Assembly (NCBI GenBank): GCA_043819555.1
Contig: JBDREQ010000055.1
Span: 1-33,797 of the forward strand
DNA length: 33,797 nt
DNA from: Candidatus Zixiibacteriota bacterium
Lineage (GTDB): Bacteria; Zixibacteria; MSB-5A5; GN15; JAAZOE01
Direction of reading: 5' to 3'
Each line of letters begins with the position of its first letter. Within the stretch, counting starts at the first letter, position 1. The translations under genes and the position numbers were made by a program. Below are positions 1 through 7,646 of the stretch, piece after piece. The notes beneath the pieces are model-generated. The model did not search any database and was not told the origin of the DNA. It saw only the letters and a list, made by a program, of their open reading frames with translations.

Positions 1-15
1 GCGGGGTGTGAGTAA
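1..15 (+). CDS. 3' end of an upstream gene (...AGCE-stop), possibly another dockerin-like-domain protein
   Basis: gcg ggg tgt gag taa = AGCE*, the same last four residues as the 7647-10532 protein (PCAGCE*); followed by a terminator at 95-129. Only 5 codons visible. Confidence 0.4.
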   Translation, partial: AGCE

Positions 16-94
16 ATATTACTTTTTGGGGAACAAAGAAGACTAAGAAATGTTAGTAGGCCTTACAACCCGACGTAACTTCATTGGATGAATA

Positions 95-129
95 GAAAAG
101 GGCTTCATTTGAAGCCCTTTTCATTTTTT
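95..129. terminator. Intrinsic terminator hairpin, possibly bidirectional
   Basis: GAAAAGGGCTTC-attt-GAAGCCCTTTTC perfect 12-bp stem followed by ATTTTTT. Confidence 0.85.
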
Positions 130-269
130 GTCTTATATGTGCCAACTTTACATCAAAACATACAAAAACAAACAAAACCAAGTACAAACAAATAAAAATT
201 GGAATTTGTTGCTATTCATTGCTTTTAATCGTATCTTGTTGTATATCAACACATTACTATTTTATACCT

Positions 270-507
270 TGGAGAACGCAGGGGTTTCGACTGGTCCTTC
301 TGGATACTTGCAGCGGTCCTTTCGGATCTTGGGTTCGCTCGGAACGCCGACCTACAGAAAAACTGTACGGGTATGACAATTTGAATGGCGGTTTGGTTTC
401 GTAATTACCATTGATTTGATATGACCAAAAACGTTAATCTGAGGAAACAAACCTATTTTTCCGCGCAGGTGTGGACACCTACACAGCACAGGCAAATGCC
501 TGTTTTT
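270..507 (+). ncRNA. Candidate structured non-coding RNA or leader of unknown class
   Basis: GC-richer island in AT-rich intergenic DNA; long-range helices 304-316/461-472 and 294-297/473-476, internal helices 353-357/363-367, 345-349/386-390, 391-400/444-452; G-U pairs favour +; ends in a terminator. Confidence 0.5.
488..507 (+). terminator. Intrinsic terminator
   Basis: ACAGGC-aaat-GCCTGT followed by a T run. Confidence 0.65.
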
Positions 508-685
508 GCATGAAATTAAAATTTACATTTCACAACTCAATCATTACCGTTTTTGGTTTTTGACTTCCAAAATCAATTCTTAAATCGTATATATATTGAG
601 GTTCGGGTTTTTCCGGACCTTATCGATTCCAGACAACTCGATAAAACATATTAATCATCGCTTAAGAGCTATATGGGGAGGTTTT

Positions 686-1006
686 ATGAAAACATTTGTG
701 TTAATGACAAAAATCGCAAGGGCCGATGCCAATTTGATTGAAGTCGCCTCCAAACTCAGAGACCGCGAAGGCGAAGCACGATCATGGCTGACCGAAATCA
801 AGCGAAAATGCCCTGAAGTAAAATTCCTGGCGCACTATGCGCTTCTGGGTACGTGGGATTTTATGGATATTTATGAGGCTCCCGACGAAGAAACCGCTGT
901 AAAAGTCTCACTTATTACCCGGTCTCAAGGCGCTCATGTGGTCGAAAGCTGGCCGGCAATCCCCAATGACAGGATTATGGAATTGACAAGAGAATTGCGG
1001 GACTGA
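686..1006 (+). CDS. GYD-domain protein (106 aa)
   Basis: GGGGAGG SD before ATG at 686; motif YALLGTWDFMDIYEAPDEETA matches the GYD family pattern (LGxYD..i.EAPDeetA). The TTG start at 596 is not needed. Confidence 0.8.
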   Translation: MKTFVLMTKIARADANLIEVASKLRDREGEARSWLTEIKRKCPEVKFLAHYALLGTWDFMDIYEAPDEETAVKVSLITRSQGAHVVESWPAIPNDRIMELTRELRD

Positions 1007-1120
1007 CAGGACCGGGAGTTTTCAATTATTGTTAATATGTGAGATTATGCCAAAAAATCGGGCCATTTATTAAAAATCTTCCTATTTTCAACAATTTTCT
1101 AAAATAATTCAATAATTTTG

Positions 1121-1149
1121 TTGCATATACTTAAATTAATCAATATATT
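1121..1149 (+). promoter_or_regulatory. Putative sigma70 promoter
   Basis: TTGCAT-N17-TATATT about 60 bp upstream of the ATG at 1210. Confidence 0.5.
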
Positions 1150-1209
1150 TATGAACATTTTCAAGATTATGCCGTATAAATATTAAGAATATTCATCGGA
1201 GGAAACGGA

Positions 1210-2019
1210 ATGGTAAACGACTGGCAGGAATTAACCAAACTTACCGGGGACGAGGAAATTGTCGTCAAAAAGGTCGGATTGATCAGTACCGAGATTGAGA
1301 TAAATGGAGATTTTGAGCTGCCGCCCCTAGCAAAACTATCGGCCGATGAGCAGATATTTGTGGCGGTGTTTGTCCGCTGTCATGGTTCAATAACTCAAAT
1401 GGAGAAGTTTTTTGGCATCAGCTACCCGACAGTAAAAAACCGATTGAATAAAATATCAGCATCTTTGGATTTTGTGGAGATTAAGCCAACACTCGATCGA
1501 TCTGATATATTGGACCGCATAGAAACGGGCGAAATTTCGGTAGATGAAGCTTTGAAAATGATGGAAAAAAGGAGAACAGTGATGTCTGATGAAAGAATTA
1601 GAATCCTCAACATGGTCGCCGAGGGCAAAATCACGACCGAGGAAGCGGAGAGATTGCTTGATGCGTTAAGTCGAGACCAAAACGGAGGGATGGTTGTTTC
1701 AAACGAAACGAAAGCAGCTAAACCAAAATTCCTGAGAATTTTGGTCGAGCCCAAAAACGGTCATATTGATGAAGGTCGCCATGGCGAAAGAGTAAATATT
1801 AAAGTTCCTATCATGCTGATAAAGGCAGGCATGAAACTGGGATCAATGCTGCCGAATGGACATAAGGAAAAAGTAAGCAATCATCTCAGGGATAAGGGTA
1901 TAAATATTGATCTTGGTAATCTTGATTCGCATGCAATAGACGAGTTGCTAATGGGATTGAAAGAAACCAGTATCGACGTCGACGACGAAACAGAGACGGT
2001 TAAGATATTCTGCGAATGA
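1210..2019 (+). CDS. DUF2089-family HTH protein joined in frame to a SHOCT-like-domain protein (probably two genes, second starting at 1582)
   Basis: N-half has FV..HGSITQMEKFFGISYPTVKNRL (DUF2089-type HTH); second half begins MSDERIRILNMVAEGKITTEEAERLLDAL with its own AGGAG SD and a TGATG stop/start overlap. Confidence 0.8.
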   Translation: MVNDWQELTKLTGDEEIVVKKVGLISTEIEINGDFELPPLAKLSADEQIFVAVFVRCHGSITQMEKFFGISYPTVKNRLNKISASLDFVEIKPTLDRSDILDRIETGEISVDEALKMMEKRRTVMSDERIRILNMVAEGKITTEEAERLLDALSRDQNGGMVVSNETKAAKPKFLRILVEPKNGHIDEGRHGERVNIKVPIMLIKAGMKLGSMLPNGHKEKVSNHLRDKGINIDLGNLDSHAIDELLMGLKETSIDVDDETETVKIFCE

Positions 2020-2133
2020 GGATAGTATAATTTCCCTATGATAAATGTTATCGGGAATTCGAACTGCGAACGATTAGCAAAATATCGGTATATCGAATAA
2101 TTTGGTTCAGCCCATATACTCGTATTACTAAAT

Positions 2134-2226
2134 AAAAAAAGTGCTCGTCTGAACTGGAGGCGCAAGTGCTCTTGTGCGCTCTTGGGGGGGGATGCGCCGC
2201 CGAGGGGATCCGTTCAAAACGAGCAC
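2134..2226 (-). ncRNA. Candidate ~90-nt small RNA with C-rich unpaired segments (alternatively an elaborate terminator)
   Basis: Minus strand: GUGCUCGUUUUGAAC pairs with GUUCAGACGAGCAC, inner GGA/UCC and GGCGCA/UGCGCC stems, followed by U7. Confidence 0.55.
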
Positions 2227-2408
2227 ATTTCTGATTTACAATAAAAACAGATTTTTTTCAATTGGCAAGAGGGTAAAATATGTCATCTATAGGGTATTAT
2301 ATATACCTCATTATATATACGATATATACGATTAATAACACGGTTTTTAGATGTTTCCAAAACCTTTTACCAACTAATGGGATGCAAATAATCTTCATTT
2401 GCCCTGGC

Positions 2409-4099
2409 TCACTTCATTGATTGAAGATATGATACAAGGTTAATCTTCTTATTATTTATACCGAATTTTTTTCTTATAATTGACCGCTGTTTTAGGTGGT
2501 TTGTGGTGAAATGCTAAGAGAAAGTGCGATTTGCTTGCAACTTAACCCATTTTTGATGAGAGTACATATTTCCACTTCACGTGGGGAAAGACATGAATAC
2601 TCGTTTTCAAGATGATTGGCGAATGGCGCCGCAATATCCGAGAGAGTATCCTTAATGATTTTCAAGTAAGCTTTAATTGATTCGGGCGGTTTATCCTGGA
2701 GATTATCGAGGATTGGCATAAGAATTTTATTGACATTAGCCTGAATTTGTTTTGCCATATGCACCTTTCCATCTTCGATTTGATCCAGGACTTCTTTGAG
2801 GGCCATATTTTTTTGATTCAGGGCTTGCCTTTCAATGTGTAACTGTTCGTTAGTTTCTGCTAATTCTTTAGTACGCTCGTCGACCCGCCTCTCCAATTCT
2901 TCATGAGCCTGCTGTAAATCCATTACAGCTTTTTTGCGTTCAGAGATATCTGTTGATATTACCATCGCACCCGCGATATTTCCGCCAGCATCATGATAAG
3001 GCTGTAAGATAGACTCATACCACGAATCTGTCCCCTTCATATTCAAATGGATCTCAGTGCGCTTTTCCTGGCCGGTATCGATTACTTTCCTTATATTGGG
3101 CAGTCTTTCTTCGACAATTTTTTTAGGCAATATTTCACTCAGCGTTTTTCCGATAATTTCTTCGGGAGTTCTGTTTTGTAAAGAAGCTCCAAAATCATTT
3201 ATATATATGAATCTTCCGTCATAATCGATAATTGCGATGAGAACCTGAATATTGTCGACCAATAGCCGGTATTTTTCTTCGCTCTTTCTCAATTCTTCTT
3301 CAGCAGTTTTCCGCTCGGTTATATCAGATGCAATCACAAGTACGGCTGCTATATTGCCGAAGTTATTGCGATAAGGTTGCAGATTTGCACTAAAGTCTTT
3401 TCTTTGATTGTTGACCATTGTTTCGGCTTCAATAACTTCCCCTTTCCCGGTTTTCATCACTCGGCGGATATCAGCCACCTGTCGATTGGCAATTTCAGGA
3501 GGAAATATATCCCACTGGGATAAACCGATTAATTCGTCCGGTGGTCGTCCCAAGGCAAGCGCGCCGATATTATTAACAAATAATAATTCGCCATCATAAT
3601 TAAATAATGATATTGCGGCTGTAACGTTTTCCATTAATAATTTGTATTTCTCTTCGCTTTCATGAAGAGTTTCGGATGATTTAATCCATTCAGTGATATC
3701 ATAGAAGATAATTGTCAACTTTTGAGTACCATTTTGGAATTCTGCCAGAATATGCCCTTTGAGTACGTGAGCGATATTATTAATCAAAATCCTGCTATCA
3801 AACGAAGTCGATTGTTTTAGCCGGAGACTTTTTATGCATATGGGCAGCAGCACATCGTCCCAAAAGGGGAATATATCGGATGCATTTTTCATTAATAAAT
3901 CATCACTATTAAGGTCGTTTGCCGCCAACCACTCCGGGAAATAACCATTATGCCAGGCGATATTAAAGTCACTTTCGAGAATCAATACTGCAAATTCTAC
4001 CGAATCGAGAATTAGAGAACCGATTATGCTGGAATCGATCGGCGAAGAAGCCTGAGGTTTAGATTTTTTCGTATTTTCATTATCTTTCTTCATAGTCAT
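2409..4099 (-). CDS. Multi-PAS sensor, coiled coil and LuxR-type HTH regulator; frameshifted near 2494 within the HTH
   Basis: PAS/PAC ends DITE/DISERK; LSPREVEICTLIKNGLSCKQIA HTH; adding one C at ACC^TA restores LKQRSIIRKKFGINNKKINLVSYLQSMK* (stop at 2409), collinear with the paralogue at 5769-7457. Confidence 0.85.
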
Positions 4100-4202
4100 T
4101 TTCCATATTCTGTATATTCATAGTTTTTGAATGTTTTTATGAATCTAAACCACCCTTATCTTATCCTGTAAAGTAAAGCAAAGTAAACTAAAACCATATG
4201 CA

Positions 4203-4232
4203 AAAAAGCCCGATGATCACATCGGGCTTTTT
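4203..4232. terminator. Intrinsic terminator, bidirectional form, downstream of the lipoprotein gene
   Basis: AAAAAGCCCGATG-atca-CATCGGGCTTTTT perfect inverted repeat. Confidence 0.88.
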
Positions 4233-4254
4233 AATAAATTACGCCGATTACTCC

Positions 4255-5316
4255 CTATCGGTTATTTCCTTCAGAATCATTGAGAGAATTTGAAGACCAT
4301 CGACATCTATGTTTCCAAATTCCGCTCAAAGGGAGTTCCAAAATCGTGGGATCCATGGTCATATCTCCGAATTCACCGGCAATATTTCCGTGCGTATTGT
4401 CAATAATATTGTGATAATAGCCCATGAATAATCCATGCGATTCGCCGCACATGGGACACATCCTTAAATCATCATAATGCCAGCAGCCTTTGACTTCGGC
4501 AATTACATGATCGGTCACATAACCCGAAACGCTCCCCGAAAACCATCCTCGGCCACTATCATCTGTCCAGAACATCCCCGTGAAATAACCGAATGGTTCG
4601 CCGGAACGTTCAATCCAGAGAGCCTCAATTCTGCCTTTACCCGAACCCATCGCTTCTTTTATCCATTTGCCCTTCATTAATCCACCCTGGCAGGCATTTT
4701 CCCATACCAGGCGGGAGTGAATACCAACGCCGCCGCTATTACTGGTGGGATAATAGGCATCAAGTTTGGCCAGTTTTTCAAACGGAAATTCAAGGGTTAT
4801 CTGATTGGTCTTGAAAGTCAACCATGGCGCGGCAAAATAATCGACATTTTTATCCAAAAATACCAAAAAACTGATGCCATCCAAATCCAAACCAGTGAAC
4901 GACACCCATGAATCCGATGTGGGAATATTATCGATCAGCATTTTATCCTGACCCTGCTCAAAATCAATCACGAATGAAACTTTAATTTCCCCAACGCCAT
5001 TAAATGACAAAGTACCCGACCAATCGGTGGGAGTATTATCGAGGTCAATTCCGGGCATGAAATTTCCCCAAAGGAATGTCACCGAATATATGTCATAATC
5101 GCCAGATAGTGTCTGGGAGACGATTCCGGAAGCATCAAGACTATTTTCAGTCCAATCTTCCTCATCAGGCGTATATTGCTCCATAATCTTTAGGACATCT
5201 TCAGGAACAATTTCCGGATTTTCGATTACGGGAGAAACCGGTTCAACATTTTTGTCGCCACATCCGGGGAACGCCACTAAAACGCATAAAATCGGGAATA
5301 ACAATAATTTTCTCAT
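4255..5316 (-). CDS. Lipoprotein of unknown function (353 aa)
   Basis: GAGGTG SD before ATG at 5316; MRKLLLFPILCVLVAFPG|C signal peptide with lipobox-like Cys; G/W-rich beta-type C-half with CPMC. Confidence 0.75.
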   Translation of the reverse strand: MRKLLLFPILCVLVAFPGCGDKNVEPVSPVIENPEIVPEDVLKIMEQYTPDEEDWTENSLDASGIVSQTLSGDYDIYSVTFLWGNFMPGIDLDNTPTDWSGTLSFNGVGEIKVSFVIDFEQGQDKMLIDNIPTSDSWVSFTGLDLDGISFLVFLDKNVDYFAAPWLTFKTNQITLEFPFEKLAKLDAYYPTSNSGGVGIHSRLVWENACQGGLMKGKWIKEAMGSGKGRIEALWIERSGEPFGYFTGMFWTDDSGRGWFSGSVSGYVTDHVIAEVKGCWHYDDLRMCPMCGESHGLFMGYYHNIIDNTHGNIAGEFGDMTMDPTILELPLSGIWKHRCRWSSNSLNDSEGNNR

Positions 5317-5507
5317 AACACACCTCAATTTTTTATATTCAGCCGGCAATTGCCCGGAAGAGAATGTACTATTATAGCCACCTCTATAATTATAATTCGC
5401 AAAATGACTTTATCCAAGAGATTTTTATAGGAAAAATCGACCAGTTTTGATGAATATTCTAGGACCATTTTTGTATATTTTTTGATGGTGATATTAAGGA
5501 GGGAATT

Positions 5508-5738
5508 ATGGAAATCAATCTAGAATACATCGTAGTTGCGATTGTCCTGGCTATTTTAATACCCCTGGTCCCATATATCGTAAATTTCCGAATCCGCATC
5601 CTAAAATGGATGAGACTAAAAAGTCCGGCAAATTGGCATGAAAAAGGATTTAAGGCTATTGTAATCACTATTCGGTGCGTTTTATTCATGATGGCAATTT
5701 ATCTTTTTCTTCTCGGTTTTAATGTTATCTTAATTTAA
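5508..5738 (+). CDS. Small two-TM membrane protein
   Basis: AGGAGG SD, ATG, two hydrophobic segments, 76 aa. Confidence 0.65.
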   Translation: MEINLEYIVVAIVLAILIPLVPYIVNFRIRILKWMRLKSPANWHEKGFKAIVITIRCVLFMMAIYLFLLGFNVILI

Positions 5739-5768
5739 TCTTTAGAAATTGCACCATAAAATCTTCGA

Positions 5769-7457
5769 TCATGTATTTGCTTTGCCAATAGACTGCAAAT
5801 AGGACGCAAGATTTATTTTTTTATTGGAAATTCCCAATTTTTTGCGAATGAGCGTACGCTGTTTTAATACTGTCTGGACCGAAATATTCAAGGAGGAGGC
5901 AATCTCCTTGCAGCTCATCCCGCTTTTTACCATATTACAAATTTCGATTTGTCGAGAAGGTAATTTCGAGAATTCCGATTCGAGATGACCAATAAATGGA
6001 GACGTAATATCCAACAGATTACTTCTTAATAAATTAATATAACCACTCATATCACCAGGTTGCTTATTGGACAGGCCATTAATTATCGGCATTATAACTC
6101 GTTCAACATTAGATTTAATTTGAGAAGCCAATTGTTCTTTACCTGCTTCAATTTGTTCAAGCACTTCTTTGAGGGCAATATTTTTCTGATAGAGGGCTTG
6201 CTTTTCAACGCGCAATTCCTCGTTATAGGCTCGAAGTTTTTCTTCACTTTCTTTCAATGCGTCGGCGGCCATTTTGCGTTCAGTGATGTCGACCGCCGTA
6301 CCCAGTAATGTCTCGGCGGTACCATCTTCATCATAAATTAGGTCAGCTTGTGCCTGAATCCATAGCACTTCCCCATCCGGGCGAACAATCCGGTGATCGA
6401 TATTTAGTCTTTTCTGGCCCTTTATAGCCATTTCCAAATTTTTTTGCACATATTCGATATCATCTAGATGAATAAAAGATGTTACTATTTCTGGCGCAAT
6501 CCATCTCGTTTCAAGATCAATTCCATAAATGTCTATTATCTCATCCGATAACTCAATTTCATTCGTTTTCAAATTCCAGTCCAAAAAACCCATCCTCGCC
6601 ACATTCTGAGCTTTCAATAATTTTAATTTGCTCTCCTTTAATTCACGTTCCACCTGCTTACGCTTAGTGATGTCCCTCTGATTGCCGACATAAGCGAATA
6701 TATCCCCCTTTGCATCAACGAGTGGGAATATTATAAATTCGCATGGAAAAGTGCTTCCATCACTTTTAAGATTTAACGCCTCACCCCTGTATGGTTTCCC
6801 GGCAGAAACCGTCTTATAAATTTCCGCTTGAATTTCTGAAGATTTTGGATCAACATTGAGAAAATCAGGAGACCTGCCCAAAACTTCTTCGGTGGAATAA
6901 CCGAAAAGATCCCTGAATGCTTTATTAACATATGTAATCTTAAAATCAGTGTCAGTAGTAATAATTGAATCTGTGACTTGTTCGGTTATGATACCCAAAA
7001 ATCTTAATTTCTCTTCGGCTTTCTGCAGAAGTGTAACATCGCGGATAATACCGCAGATGGCTTTAATCCCTCCAGTCAAATCGAAGATGGGCGTTTGAAC
7101 TATATGAAACGTCCGTTTTACACCATCGATGTTGAGCATCTTCTTTTCATTGACGGTTTGACCTTCCAGAACTGGCCTATCTACTGACGCAATTATCCGG
7201 GCTTCTTCTTCGCCAAATATTTCCTCGGGGGTTTTCCCGATTATTTCTGAAACCGGAATTCCCAGCGTTCGTTCCATGGCAGGATTCACATATGTATATC
7301 TGAAATCACGGCCTTTAACAAATATTATATCCTCCGCCGTGCTGGTAATTGCCTCCAAAGCTTCTTTTGAATCAATTAAATTCGATACCGTACTTTCAAG
7401 TTCATGAATACGCTGTTTCAGCTTTTGGATTTCGGCCTTGTGGTCAGTTTCACCCAT
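5769..7457 (-). CDS. Three-PAS sensor, coiled coil and LuxR-type HTH regulator
   Basis: PAS/PAC motifs (YVNPA, RDVT, RDIT, HRIVRPDGEVLWI, DITERK) and C-terminal LPSRQIEICNMVKSGMSCKEIASSLNISVQTV. Confidence 0.9.
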   Translation of the reverse strand: MGETDHKAEIQKLKQRIHELESTVSNLIDSKEALEAITSTAEDIIFVKGRDFRYTYVNPAMERTLGIPVSEIIGKTPEEIFGEEEARIIASVDRPVLEGQTVNEKKMLNIDGVKRTFHIVQTPIFDLTGGIKAICGIIRDVTLLQKAEEKLRFLGIITEQVTDSIITTDTDFKITYVNKAFRDLFGYSTEEVLGRSPDFLNVDPKSSEIQAEIYKTVSAGKPYRGEALNLKSDGSTFPCEFIIFPLVDAKGDIFAYVGNQRDITKRKQVERELKESKLKLLKAQNVARMGFLDWNLKTNEIELSDEIIDIYGIDLETRWIAPEIVTSFIHLDDIEYVQKNLEMAIKGQKRLNIDHRIVRPDGEVLWIQAQADLIYDEDGTAETLLGTAVDITERKMAADALKESEEKLRAYNEELRVEKQALYQKNIALKEVLEQIEAGKEQLASQIKSNVERVIMPIINGLSNKQPGDMSGYINLLRSNLLDITSPFIGHLESEFSKLPSRQIEICNMVKSGMSCKEIASSLNISVQTVLKQRTLIRKKLGISNKKINLASYLQSIGKANT

Positions 7458-7646
7458 AAATCTACCAATGGGGATTTTCTAACCCCCATTTATCCAATTT
7501 GTTCCTAATAAACCGGTGAGCTTGTTCCTTCCGTATATCATACGTAATTAATGAACAGTGCAAACCAATTATTTAATCAAATTGTTATTTTGAATCTATG
7601 GGACGAATTAATCAAGTTTATTGGACCCTTAATTACACAAAATGTA

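Noticed and set aside
128..404. ORFs 128-376 and 219-404
   Set aside because: Non-ATG starts, no SD, low-complexity N-termini, and overlap with the structured element.
436..453. Hammerhead ribozyme core (CTGAGGAAAC)
   Set aside because: CUGANGA and GAAA overlap with no stem II, so the core geometry cannot form.
271..480. tmRNA (GGTTTCGAC...TTGCA...GGAC motifs)
   Set aside because: No GGGG acceptor 5' end with G3-U70, no T-arm or CCA, no tag frame ending in Ala-Ala, and too short; kept only as an unknown RNA candidate.
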